Of a stretch of 64,000 nucleotides of DNA, positions 10,524-20,027 are shown one piece after another. Under the pieces are notes generated by a model, which worked only from the letters and a program-made list of their open reading frames with translations, was not told the DNA's origin and ran no database searches. The position numbers and the translations under genes were made by a program. This stretch comes from a bacterium (lineage in GTDB: Bacteria > UBA8248 > JACPRG01 > G963555815): assembly GCA_963555815.3 (NCBI GenBank), contig CAUVWX020000001.1, positions 1,056,001 through 1,120,000 of the forward strand, in the 5' to 3' direction. Numbering within the stretch: the stretch's first letter is position 1; the number at the start of each line of letters is the position of its first letter.

Positions 10524-10936
10524 TGCCCCCGTCTTGCCCCCTTTGGCTCAGTGGCGATGGCCAGACGTTCTACCCCTGCCTGCTTGGCGATGTCCATGAC
10601 CTCCACGACCCGTCCGTGGGAAACCGCCTTGTCGGCCTTGATGATGAGAAAGCCAACCCGCCCTTGATTTCGTAAATCGAGGAGCCTCCCCCAGAGGTCT
10701 TGGAGGGCGACCCGTTGGTTATTGAGATAGAGAATGTCCTCTTTGGTGATGGCCAGGGTGATGTCCTCGGGTCCCTTGCGCTCCGCCGTGACGGCCTTGG
10801 GGAGGTTCACCTTGATGCCTGGGTGGACGACGAAGCTCGAGGAGATCATGAAGAAGATGAGGAGCAGGAGGACAATATCGACCAGGGGGACGAGGTTTAA
10901 GATGACGGGAATTCGTCGGTGCTGGCGAAACCGCAT
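10520..10936 (-). CDS. exbD: Biopolymer transporter ExbD/TolR
   Basis: NLVPLVDIVLLLLIFFMI and IIKADKAV..GRVVEVMD. Confidence 0.93.
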   Translation of the reverse strand: MRFRQHRRIPVILNLVPLVDIVLLLLIFFMISSSFVVHPGIKVNLPKAVTAERKGPEDITLAITKEDILYLNNQRVALQDLWGRLLDLRNQGRVGFLIIKADKAVSHGRVVEVMDIAKQAGVERLAIATEPKGARRGQ

Positions 10937-10948
10937 ATCTCTTTTCCC

Positions 10949-11560
10949 CTAACGCTTCAAGATGTCCAGCAGCCGAAGGGAGTGCTTCTCCATCTCCAGG
11001 ACCAGGCCGTCCACCTTATTGACGAAGTAGCCGTGAAAGACGAGGGTGGGGATGGCCACCGAGAGGCCAAAGGCTGTCGTGAAAAGGGCCTCAGAGATGC
11101 CGCCGGCGAGGGTCCTCGGATCCCCGACCCCGGTAGCCGCGATGACGTCGAAGGCCAGGATCATCCCTCTCACTGTCCCGAGGAGACCGAGGAGGGGTGT
11201 GATCGCCGCCAGGGTCCCGAGGAGGTTCAGATAGCGCTCCATGACGGGCATCTCCTGGCGCCCCGCGTCTTCGACCATGGTCTTGATCTCGTCCTTCCCT
11301 TTGTCGTGATTGAGGATGGCCACCTGGAGGATCCGGGTGATGGTCGAGGAGAAGCGGCGACAGAGGGCATTGGCCTCGGTGAGCTTCTTGTCCCGCAGGA
11401 GCTCCTCCACCTCCCGCAAAATATTTCCCTTCACGATCCGCTTTGTCCGCAGGCTGAAGAGACGCTCAATGACGATCGCCAGCGCGATGATGGAACAGAG
11501 GAGGATGGGGATCATGATGGGACCGCCCCGCGAGAGGAATTGGATCATCGCAAAACGCAT
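10949..11560 (-). CDS. exbB: MotA/TolQ/ExbB proton channel
   Basis: TPLLGLLGTVRGMI and GISEALFTTAFGL. Confidence 0.93.
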   Translation of the reverse strand: MRFAMIQFLSRGGPIMIPILLCSIIALAIVIERLFSLRTKRIVKGNILREVEELLRDKKLTEANALCRRFSSTITRILQVAILNHDKGKDEIKTMVEDAGRQEMPVMERYLNLLGTLAAITPLLGLLGTVRGMILAFDVIAATGVGDPRTLAGGISEALFTTAFGLSVAIPTLVFHGYFVNKVDGLVLEMEKHSLRLLDILKR

Positions 11561-11612
11561 ATCAAATTCCTTGGCCCTAAAATGAGGAGGTCTCCCTCAA
11601 GCGGCCGCTCGT

Positions 11613-14600
11613 TCATGGTGAATTTTCTCCCCCGGCTGGATGACTTTCGCCCTCCAGGATCCCGATCCGTTCCTGGGCCTGCTGGCGCACGGCCGGATCC
11701 TTTGACTCCGTTTTCAACTTCTGATAGATCTTGATGGCTGGGTTGCTCTCGCCCAACTTTTCGTAGATCTCTCCAATGCGAATCAGGGCGCGGTCGTTGA
11801 GGACACTTTGCCCAGGGTAAAGATAGACCACTTTGAGGTATTCAACAATGGCCTGTCTTGGTTCCTTGAGGGATTCGAGGATCTCCCCGAGGGCAAACTG
11901 GGCCCGGGGCCGAAGCTCGCGGCCACCGCCTTTCAGGGCCTTCTCCATGTGTTGAATGGCGATCTGGAGCTCCCCTCGGGCCTTGGCCATCTGGGCGAGC
12001 TCCCAGTGGCTCTGGGCCGTCAGGATCCCCGATGGCCCCTTGCCCACGAGGGTGGAGAAGAAGTCACGGGCGGCCTCCTCGTCCCCGAGCCGCCGCGCGC
12101 AAGTCCCCGCATCAAAGAGGGCCCTCACAAAGAGTCCGTGGCGAGGAAAGGCGCGCAGGAAGAGGCGGAACTCATCCAGGGCCCCCTGACAATCCCCGGA
12201 AGCGGAGAGCGCCTGAGCCAGGCGAAGACGGGCGTCCCCTCGGAGCCTGGATTCCGGGAATTGGGCGATCAGCTCCCGAAAGAGCACAGCCGCATGGGGG
12301 TGCCTTCCCATCAGGCTTTCGATCTCTCCTATCCTAAACTGGGCGCTGTCAGCCAGCTCCTGGCCCGCTTGATGGGCGAGGACCCGGCCGTAGGATTCCC
12401 CTGCCTCCTCGTACTGTTGCTGGCTCAAGAAATGTTCGGCCAGCTGAAACTCCAAGGTGACGGCGAGGGGGTGGTCCTGATTTACAGCGATGAAGCCTCT
12501 GGCCTCTCCCACAAAGCCGGAGATGTCTCCACCCCGGAGTCGAGTGAGGGCGATCCCATAGCGGGCCTCCCGGCCTCGCTCCTCTCCGGGCGTCTCGTCC
12601 AAAAGGTTTCGATAGGCTCTGATCGCCTCGTCGATCCTTCCTTCGTTATAGTAGGCGTGCCCGATTCTGAGGAGGGCGTCTTCCCGAAGCAAGCTTCCGG
12701 GAAAATCCCGGGCCAATCTTTGAAAGGAAATCCGGGCAAGGCTGTATTGGCGCGCTCGCAGTCGGGATAGCCCCAGCCAATAGTGCCCCCGGTCCGGGGC
12801 CGGTTTCGTCGGGCGGGCAAGGAAAGTGGCGAAGGCGTCCGCCGCCTCCTCGAACTCCCCCTTCCTGTAGTGGAATATTCCTAGGCGAAAGGTCGCCTCA
12901 TCGGCCAGGGGGTGCTCAGGGACGTCTTGAATTAAAATTTCGTAGGCCCCGATGGCCGCGTCGTAATCCTTCAGATTGAAGCTACTCTCTCCCTCGTGGA
13001 AGACGGCCTGTCCAAGGAGGGCAGGGGCCCTGGCGGAGAGGCTGGCCGCCCTCCGAAAGGCCTCCCGGGCATCCAGCCACTTCCCCTCGCCGAAATAGGT
13101 CCAGCCAAGCCCCAGGGTCGCCTCGGCGTGGCGTGGGTGGCTGGCCGGCACCTGCTCCAGGGCCGAGCGTGCCGCCTCGTAGCGATCTAAACGAAGGAGG
13201 GCCTCGCCTTTCCAGAAGGTCACCTCCTCGAGTCGCTGGGAAGAGGGAAACCGGGCCTGAAATTCATCTGCCGCCTTTGCCGCCCCATCGGCGTCCCCCA
13301 GCTGAAGGCGCGCCCAGATCAGCCAGAAGGCCGCATCTTCGGCCCCTGGGAAACCCTCCTCTTGAGACGCTCCCTGGAAGATGTGTGCGGAGGCCTCATA
13401 GTCCCCAGCACCGTAGAGTGAGGCGGACAGGAGGACGCGCGCGACATCGCGCTCACGCTCCCCTATTCCTTCCGGGGCCTGCGACAAAGTGGCTTGAACG
13501 GTTGCGGCGGCTCCTCGATAGTCCTGCTCCCGAAAGAGGCGAGCCCCCAGGAAGAGCCCCGCCCGAAGGGACCAGGGGTTCTTTGGGTCTGCCTCTTGAA
13601 GAGATCGGAGCTCGGCTTCAGCCTCCGCCTTATTCCCTGTCTCAAGGAGAGAGACGAGACGCCCGAACCGGGCCTCCAAGACATCTGCCCCGGCGGCCTC
13701 CCCTCTGATGTATTCAGAGAAGGCCTCGGCTGAGGCCTCGTATTCACCGGCGGAGAAGAGGCTCCAGGCCAATCCCTTCCGACTCGGACCGAGGTGGGGG
13801 GTCTCAGCGTCTGATCGTCCGAGGTGTTTGCGATATGCGTCTACCGCCTCGCGGTAACGCTCGCTGTCAAGCAGGATCTCCCCCAGGCGGTAACTCGCAT
13901 GGAACCCCTCGAAAGAGTCAGGCGCTAGATCCACGGCCTCCTGAAGGTGCATGTTCGCTCGGTTCGGCCGGCCCACCTCCAGGGCCGACTCCCCAGCCAG
14001 GAAGAGGGCCTGGGTCCTTAGGCCGTGGGAGGGGTACCGGTTTAGCAGGCGTTCCAGGAGTTGCAGGGCTTCGGCGTAATCCTTCTGGCTAAAGGCGACC
14101 CAGCCGAGGGAGTAGAGGGCATCGCCCGAGAAGGGGAGGAGGCCGTCCGAGGTGACCTCTTGCCAGGCCTGCACGGCGCCGTCCAGATCCCCCAGTTGAA
14201 ACCGGGCTTCCCCCTGCCAGTAGCGAAGCCGCGCCGCCACGTCTGTGGTCACCTCCTGCTTCAGCCCATCCTCGAACTCCGCCCGGGCCTCCTCCAAATT
14301 CCCTTCGAGGAAGAGGAAGATTCCCCGGTGATAAAAGGCCGGGGCCCCTTGGGAGGATTTGGCCGCCCCCGAGAGAAAGGAGCTGCCAAAACAGTCCAGC
14401 GGCCTCGGAATAACAGGCGGTGACTTTTCACTCAAGGAATAGACCCGGTCGGCCCGGCGCCGGGGGACAGACTGGGGTGTGATAGAGCTAAGCTCCACCC
14501 CCGTCAGGACCTCAGGGGGCGAGGTGGGGATCCGCTCCCCCCCCAGGGTCTCTTCCCCTTCGACCACCACCACAATTTCCGGTAGCTTGATGCGAAGCGG

Positions 14601-14753
14601 GGCCTCCTGGCCGCGAGCGAGATCGGGTCCAAGGATTTGAAGCCCGCCGATGAGGCAAAGGCACCCGCCGACAAAGAGATGCCCGAAGGGTTTTTGCGCC
14701 AGGTGGCCTCTCCGCCGGGCTCTGCGCCAGAGAAGGGCTTTTACTGCTGCCAT
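11613..14753 (-). CDS. Large secreted TPR-repeat protein
   Basis: Many TPR/BamD-like repeats and a signal-peptide-like N-terminus ending LARG/QEAP. ATG at 14753, overlapping the upstream stop, chosen as start. Confidence 0.85.
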   Translation of the reverse strand: MAAVKALLWRRARRRGHLAQKPFGHLFVGGCLCLIGGLQILGPDLARGQEAPLRIKLPEIVVVVEGEETLGGERIPTSPPEVLTGVELSSITPQSVPRRRADRVYSLSEKSPPVIPRPLDCFGSSFLSGAAKSSQGAPAFYHRGIFLFLEGNLEEARAEFEDGLKQEVTTDVAARLRYWQGEARFQLGDLDGAVQAWQEVTSDGLLPFSGDALYSLGWVAFSQKDYAEALQLLERLLNRYPSHGLRTQALFLAGESALEVGRPNRANMHLQEAVDLAPDSFEGFHASYRLGEILLDSERYREAVDAYRKHLGRSDAETPHLGPSRKGLAWSLFSAGEYEASAEAFSEYIRGEAAGADVLEARFGRLVSLLETGNKAEAEAELRSLQEADPKNPWSLRAGLFLGARLFREQDYRGAAATVQATLSQAPEGIGERERDVARVLLSASLYGAGDYEASAHIFQGASQEEGFPGAEDAAFWLIWARLQLGDADGAAKAADEFQARFPSSQRLEEVTFWKGEALLRLDRYEAARSALEQVPASHPRHAEATLGLGWTYFGEGKWLDAREAFRRAASLSARAPALLGQAVFHEGESSFNLKDYDAAIGAYEILIQDVPEHPLADEATFRLGIFHYRKGEFEEAADAFATFLARPTKPAPDRGHYWLGLSRLRARQYSLARISFQRLARDFPGSLLREDALLRIGHAYYNEGRIDEAIRAYRNLLDETPGEERGREARYGIALTRLRGGDISGFVGEARGFIAVNQDHPLAVTLEFQLAEHFLSQQQYEEAGESYGRVLAHQAGQELADSAQFRIGEIESLMGRHPHAAVLFRELIAQFPESRLRGDARLRLAQALSASGDCQGALDEFRLFLRAFPRHGLFVRALFDAGTCARRLGDEEAARDFFSTLVGKGPSGILTAQSHWELAQMAKARGELQIAIQHMEKALKGGGRELRPRAQFALGEILESLKEPRQAIVEYLKVVYLYPGQSVLNDRALIRIGEIYEKLGESNPAIKIYQKLKTESKDPAVRQQAQERIGILEGESHPAGGENSP

Positions 14754-17194
14754 TGGAGGGCTTGGATCTTGGCGATCCGGTCCAGGGCTGCTCGGACGGT
14801 GGTCGCGTCGGGCGAGGTCCGAGCCACCTCCCGATAAGCCTGAAGGGCCTGCGGCCACTTCTCCAGGCTTTCGTAGGCGGCGCCGGTGAGATAGTCGGCC
14901 GCTGGGCGCCAGGGGGCCCCTTCGGTGGAATCCCGTGGGATACGGGCCAGGACCGCCAGGGCGTCCTCCCCTTGACCATGAGCGATATAGATGTTGGCGA
15001 TCCGGTAGTAGGCCTCTGCGCTGACCGCGAGATCATGGGTGGCCGTCGCGTTCTCAAAGAGGGCAAGGGCCCCTTCGAAGTCCTGTTTTTCCTGACGGTC
15101 CTGAGCCAGGCGAAGGAGGATCGGCCCGATGTCCGGGTCCTGCGGGTATCGCTTGGCCAGTTGACCAAAGATTTCTAGTGCTCTTTCAGAGTCCCCGAGG
15201 CGCTCATGGGCCAACCCGAGATTGTAGAGGACCGTTTTGGAACGAGGGTCCTCGGGATAACGGCTGAGGAGCTGGCGGTAGAGGGAGGTGGCCTGCTCAT
15301 AATCTTCTGCCTTGAACTGTGCCGTGGCCAGATAGAAAAGGCCCTCCTTGACGTCATCCTCCCCCTGTGAGTCATCGAGCCACTCCTGAAAGCGCTGGAC
15401 GCTTCCCCTAAAATCTTGCTGTTGGAAATGGGCCATCCCGGCCACAAAGAGGGCCTCTCTGCGTCCCTTTTCCTGAGGGAAGAGCTCCAAGAAGTCCTCG
15501 AGCCGGCGGGCCGACACACCGTAATTGCCCAACCTGAACTGCGCCAAGCCCAGGTGAAGGAGGACATCCGCCCTTGGGCCCTCTCTGGAGAACTCCCGGG
15601 TCCATCGCCCCAGGGTCTCGGCGGCCCCTTGGTAGTCTTCCTTTCCGTATTGCACAATGCCCAACTGGACCAGTGTCTCCCCGCGGTCAGGATCCTTTGG
15701 GAACTCGGCCTCCAGGGCAGCATAGGTCTCGGCGGCCTCGGTGAGTTTTCCCAGGCGAGAGCGAACGGCCCCCAACATCTTCAGGGCATCTCGGCGAACC
15801 TCCGGGTCACCGTCGCCTCTCATCCACTCGCTGAGATAGCGCTCGGCCTCTTCATCCCGATCTGTGTGAAAGGCAGACGCACCCATCTTGAGGACGGTCT
15901 TCCGGCGCCGTTTGGGGTCTGTCAATCGAGCCAGCGCCTCGGAGAGTTCCGAGAAGGCCTCTGGGTATTTCTTCAGGGCATAGTAACTCTCACCCAGGTG
16001 GTAGTTCGCCCAGGCGAGCTGCTCGGTTTCAGCCAAGGTTTTTAGTCGCACCAAGTGAAGGATGGCCTCTTCGTAATCCTGGGCCTCAAAACGAATAGAG
16101 GCCGCCTTCTGCAGGGCATCCTTGACCAGGCCGGCCTCGGGAAAGTCCCGGATGAGCCCCTCGTAAGCCGAGAGGGCTTCCTCCTTTCTTCCCAGGGCCA
16201 TCTCGGCCTCGGCAATCCAGAATTGGACCCAGGGCTGGTATTGGGGGGCGGGTTCTTCATTCGATAGGTCCTTGAGATGAGGCAGGGCTTCGTCGGGTTG
16301 TCCGATCTCAAGGAGGCTGTGCCCGGTCCGAAAGAGGGCGATGGGGCGCTCAGCGTGGCCGGGGTACTCTTTCAGGAATTCGCCATACTCCTTGGCCGCG
16401 TCTTCGTATCCCCGGGTCTGATAGAAGCAGTCGGCAAGCCCAAGGCGGGCCCCGTCCCGGCCGGGAAACCCTGGGTCGCCCACCGCCAGTATGCTGCTGA
16501 AGGCCGTTCGGGCCTCCGAACAGGCCCCCCGCTGCCTTTTGGCTTCCCCGACGACGGCTTCAGCCCAAAGACGGGTGGCCCCCTCGGGATCTGTCTCGAG
16601 ATAGGCCTCCAGGAGGGGAAGGGCCTTCTCGTTCTCTCCCTTCTTGTAGTGGGCCATCCCGAGCGCGTAGCGGGCTGGGGAGAGCAACTGGCTCTCTGGA
16701 AACTCGTTGACCAACCGGGTGAGGACCACAATGGCCCCGTCCCAATCATTGAGGCGAAATCGAGCCTGGCCGAGATAGTAGAGGGCGGGCTCGGCGAGAG
16801 GGCCAAAGGTGGCCTCTTGGAGAGAAGAAGCAGCTTCCTTCAGATTGTCAAATTCGAGTTCGACTCGTCCAATTTTATAACGCGCTGTTGGGGAGAAGGC
16901 GTGGCTGGGGTACTCTTGAAGGAATCGGCGGTAGTGCTTGGCGGCCTCAGCCGAAAAGCCCCTCGCGTGGTAGGCCTCAGCCAGAAAGAAGCGGGCTTCG
17001 GCCCTTCTGTTGCCGCTTGGGTGGTCCTCCAGGTAAGCGTGAAATCCGTCGACGGCGATGTCGTATAGGCCATCTTCAAGGACCCTGAGAGCGAAGGTAT
17101 ACTCATCGCCCTCCTGGGCCTCCCCCCGGGTGAGAAGCCCCCCAACGCCGAGAATGGCCAGGGCCAGGAAGAAAGCCACCCCTCTAATTTTCAT
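14741..17194 (-). CDS. Large secreted TPR-repeat protein
   Basis: Signal peptide MKIRGVAFFLALAILG...GEA/Q followed by tandem TPRs. Confidence 0.88.
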   Translation of the reverse strand: MKIRGVAFFLALAILGVGGLLTRGEAQEGDEYTFALRVLEDGLYDIAVDGFHAYLEDHPSGNRRAEARFFLAEAYHARGFSAEAAKHYRRFLQEYPSHAFSPTARYKIGRVELEFDNLKEAASSLQEATFGPLAEPALYYLGQARFRLNDWDGAIVVLTRLVNEFPESQLLSPARYALGMAHYKKGENEKALPLLEAYLETDPEGATRLWAEAVVGEAKRQRGACSEARTAFSSILAVGDPGFPGRDGARLGLADCFYQTRGYEDAAKEYGEFLKEYPGHAERPIALFRTGHSLLEIGQPDEALPHLKDLSNEEPAPQYQPWVQFWIAEAEMALGRKEEALSAYEGLIRDFPEAGLVKDALQKAASIRFEAQDYEEAILHLVRLKTLAETEQLAWANYHLGESYYALKKYPEAFSELSEALARLTDPKRRRKTVLKMGASAFHTDRDEEAERYLSEWMRGDGDPEVRRDALKMLGAVRSRLGKLTEAAETYAALEAEFPKDPDRGETLVQLGIVQYGKEDYQGAAETLGRWTREFSREGPRADVLLHLGLAQFRLGNYGVSARRLEDFLELFPQEKGRREALFVAGMAHFQQQDFRGSVQRFQEWLDDSQGEDDVKEGLFYLATAQFKAEDYEQATSLYRQLLSRYPEDPRSKTVLYNLGLAHERLGDSERALEIFGQLAKRYPQDPDIGPILLRLAQDRQEKQDFEGALALFENATATHDLAVSAEAYYRIANIYIAHGQGEDALAVLARIPRDSTEGAPWRPAADYLTGAAYESLEKWPQALQAYREVARTSPDATTVRAALDRIAKIQALQWQQ

Positions 17195-17310
17195 AACGTT
17201 TCTCTTATAGCACAGGGGAGAGTCGGACGGCAAGCCGGCCAGGGCCTTAGATTAATCTTGTCCCGCGACCCACGGGGAATAAGCAACTGAGTACCCGTAT
17301 TCTAAGATAT

Positions 17311-17336
17311 GGGAATTATAAAGGAAATTAGACAAA
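17311..17336 (+). repeat. Left terminal inverted repeat GGGAATTATAAAGGAAATTAGACAAA
   Basis: Exact reverse complement of 19897-19922. Confidence 0.95.
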
Positions 17337-17356
17337 GGGAATGATAAGCTGGGGGC

Positions 17357-17410
17357 ATGAACAAGCTCTACTACGGCGATTGTCTGACGATCATGCAGGG
17401 GATGCGATCA
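17357..17410 (+). pseudogene. N-terminal 18 codons of a site-specific DNA methyltransferase
   Basis: MNKLYYGDCLTIMQGMRS is the typical start of beta-class N4/N6 MTases. Homology stops before the DPPF motif. Confidence 0.75.
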
Positions 17411-17665
17411 AAGGACGTCCCCAAGAGTAGAAGCTCTGGTTTCTGGATCTAGCCCAAGAAGAATTTCTGGGTTTGCCCACGGCGGTCCTGTGAAGGTTGA
17501 TATACCAAGGCTAGACAAAACGCCGCTAAATTCTTGTGGCAGTGGCGATCCCTTCTTTGACTCAACCTTTGCCTCATCATGGGGCCGAGTCTTTAACGCG
17601 GATTCTTCAGCTTTTGAATCATCTACCTCTTGTGATTCCAAATCGGTCATTGACGCGCCTTTCAT
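17408..17665 (-). pseudogene. Probably truncated passenger gene, weakly DUF2335-like
   Basis: STFTGPPWANPEIL resembles the FSGPLPPPEIL motif. The stop codon lies exactly at the MTase junction and no TM region follows. Confidence 0.35.
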
Positions 17666-17936
17666 ATCTTGTAGCCATATCTTCTTCCCTGCTCATCTCA
17701 TCATAACCATAGAAAATGGTTTGGGAGAATGCTTCCCACAAAATGATCATGGCTTTCTCGCTAACGCTGGAGGTAAGCCTTAGCCAAAGCTCACAAGAGT
17801 TATTTTCTGGATTATACGACCAATGAGTGATTATTTTAGGATCTGTCTTCCGAATGTGCCGAGCAGTATATCGCAACGCTTCCAGGCATGTTTTAGCCCC
17901 ATAGTGGGGCTTGCCTGAAATCCTTACTAGGGACAT
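17619..17936 (-). CDS. Hypothetical passenger protein
   Basis: 105-aa ORF with AGGAG RBS directly downstream of the transposase. Confidence 0.55.
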   Translation of the reverse strand: MSLVRISGKPHYGAKTCLEALRYTARHIRKTDPKIITHWSYNPENNSCELWLRLTSSVSEKAMIILWEAFSQTIFYGYDEMSREEDMATRYERRVNDRFGITRGR

Positions 17937-18000
17937 GAGTTCTCCTGAGCGTTTTCTCCCCTACAAAACAAAATCTAATATCAAACATCTATGAGGGGTG

Positions 18001-18918
18001 TCAAGCCACCCCCAGCCCCCGGCTGACCGTCAGGTCGAACGCCTCCGTCCCCTTGGCCTTTCTCAGGTTAAATCTGTAGGCGAACTCGTCCAAGTAGCGT
18101 TGCAAGTGCTTTCGGCTCACGCTGTGAAACTGGCCGAGCATTCCCCGCTTCACCAAGGCCCAGAACCCTTCAAGGCTGTTTACGTGGACGTCGCCGTCCA
18201 CGTACATTAGGCCGTGCCTTATGACCTTGTGAGGGATGATCTCGGACATTCCGGCGTAGCCCCCATATTCGTCCGTCATCAACGTGGACTCTCCCGTCCC
18301 GATAAAATCTCTCACAAACTTCTTCATGTCCTTGGCCTTCATCTTCTTCTTCGATACGGCTCTGGTCGTCACCTTGCCGCCTCGCTCCATAGCACCCACG
18401 ACAGGCATCTTGTCCGTCCCTCTTCCCCGCTTCCTTGGTTTCCGGCCGTCTCCTTTTCGGGGCCTGCCGCCGATCCACGTTTCCTCCATCTCCACGACTC
18501 CCTTCAAGAGCTTTCGCTTCCCGATTTCCTTCATGGCTCGCCTGATCTGCATGGAGATGCGCCAGGCCGTGTTCTTGTTCACATTCAAATCCCTTGAGAG
18601 TTGCAGGGCTGATATTCCTTTTCTGGCATTGAGCATGAGAGAGATGGCCAGGAACCACTTTTGAAGGGGAAGATGGGTCCCGTGGAAGATCGTGCCCACC
18701 GTCACGCTAAATGAGGTCTTGCAAGCGTGGCAGTGATGGCGTTTTTGAAGCCTTCCCGTTCTGCCCGATCCGCAGTACGGGCAGACGGGATCGTCTCCCC
18801 ACCTCGTTTTTTCCAGGTGCTCGATGCAGTCTTTTTGGATTGTGAATTTCTGGAAGACCTGTAATATGTTTATCGACTTTCCGCTTCCTGTTGGGGTATT
18901 ATTCCTATCACTCAACAA
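18001..18918 (-). CDS. IS1595-family DDE transposase, possibly inactive
   Basis: Zn ribbon CPYCG..CHAC, GTIFH and KGISALQLSRDL. Catalytic-region motifs VEMEETWIGG, LMTDEY, HVNSLEGFWALVKRG and YLDEFAYRFN. Confidence 0.92.
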   Translation of the reverse strand: MLSDRNNTPTGSGKSINILQVFQKFTIQKDCIEHLEKTRWGDDPVCPYCGSGRTGRLQKRHHCHACKTSFSVTVGTIFHGTHLPLQKWFLAISLMLNARKGISALQLSRDLNVNKNTAWRISMQIRRAMKEIGKRKLLKGVVEMEETWIGGRPRKGDGRKPRKRGRGTDKMPVVGAMERGGKVTTRAVSKKKMKAKDMKKFVRDFIGTGESTLMTDEYGGYAGMSEIIPHKVIRHGLMYVDGDVHVNSLEGFWALVKRGMLGQFHSVSRKHLQRYLDEFAYRFNLRKAKGTEAFDLTVSRGLGVA

Positions 18919-18921
18919 ATA

Positions 18922-18950
18922 ATTATACCCTGATAGGGGCGGATTGTAAA
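18922..18950 (-). promoter_or_regulatory. Sigma70-type promoter of the transposase
   Basis: Minus strand TTTACA-17 bp-TATAAT. Confidence 0.7.
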
Positions 18951-18971
18951 CATCAAAAAGTAGGAAATTGC

Positions 18972-19844
18972 GTTATTTTATTCTATTCCAAGATGGACCA
19001 AGCCTTTTTTTCGCCGGATGAGGTTCAAATTCCGTATACCCGCCTGAGTGGCACCGGACACAACTCTTTAAGCAGGGGAGGCCGCTCGGAAGCCAAGGTT
19101 AAAGAGCTTGAACGGACCTATAGAAAACGCGGGAAAACTCCCGAGGACTATTGGACCGACATAGCTGGAGGGGGTCACATATCCAAGTCAGAGCTTCTCG
19201 GCTACCCCACGCAAAAGCCCCTGAAACTGCTTCAGCGGATCATCAAGGCCAGCTCCAACCCTGGGGATGTAGTTATGGATCCCTTCTGCGGGTGCGGGAC
19301 GACCATCCACGCCGCCCAGGCGCTCGGGCGAAGGCGGATCGGGATAGACGTGTGCGTGAAGGCGTGCCAGGTGATACAGCACCGTCTTGAGGAGCATTTT
19401 GACAATATCTGGGATAGCATTGAATTTGTCGGTCTCCCGAAAACCAGGGATGACGCCAGGACTCTTGCGGACCTGGACAAGTTCAGGTTCGAGCGATGGG
19501 CGGCGTCCCTGGTGGACGGAGTGGAGGCGAACAAGAGGCAGCGCGGAGACAAGGGGATTGACGGCAAGGGCCGACTGGCAATCCGCAAGGGAAAGTTCGT
19601 TGATCTGGTGTCTCAGGTCAAGGGCGGGCACACCAGCCCAGGCGACGTGCAAGCCTTCAACGGCGCCAGGCTGCAGGCCGAAGCCGACATTGGAATCTTC
19701 ACGTGCTTTGAAGACAGGGTGACCCACAAGATGAGAGACGCGGCTGCTTCAACCGGAGAATTCATGCAGGTCCCCTGCATTCAGATCTACACAGTAGAAG
19801 ATTATTTCAACGGCCTGAAGCCCCAGATGCCGCTGGCAGCTTAA
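18972..19844 (+). pseudogene. C-terminal part of a DNA methyltransferase fused to an Mrr-like PD-(D/E)xK nuclease domain
   Basis: VILFYSK, GYPTQKP and DPFCGCGTT (SAM-binding), then FERWA..GDKGIDG..QVKGG. Catalytic DPPF motif absent. Confidence 0.85.
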
Positions 19845-19896
19845 GGAAACACGACATGTTTGAAGAGGTTGAAGGTAGCCAGTGTAGCACAAAGGT

Positions 19897-19922
19897 TTTG
19901 TCTAATTTCCTTTATAATTCCC
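19897..19922 (-). repeat. Right terminal inverted repeat
   Basis: TTTGTCTAATTTCCTTTATAATTCCC followed by the TAAGATAT duplication. Confidence 0.95.
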
Positions 19923-20027
19923 TAAGATATAGTGTAGAAACTTCATCATGGAGAGACAGGACAGAAGGTCCACGAAAGTGTGAATCAATCCCTTTTCCTT
20001 CGGATTCTTCGAAGAGGAGAACGTTCT

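Larger units (their letters stand above)
17311..19922. mobile_element. IS1595-family element (ISNwi1-like ends) with passenger genes
   Basis: Perfect 26-bp terminal inverted repeats, 8-bp direct repeat TAAGATAT at 17303-17310 and 19923-19930, internal IS1595 transposase, AT-richer than the flanks. Confidence 0.9.
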
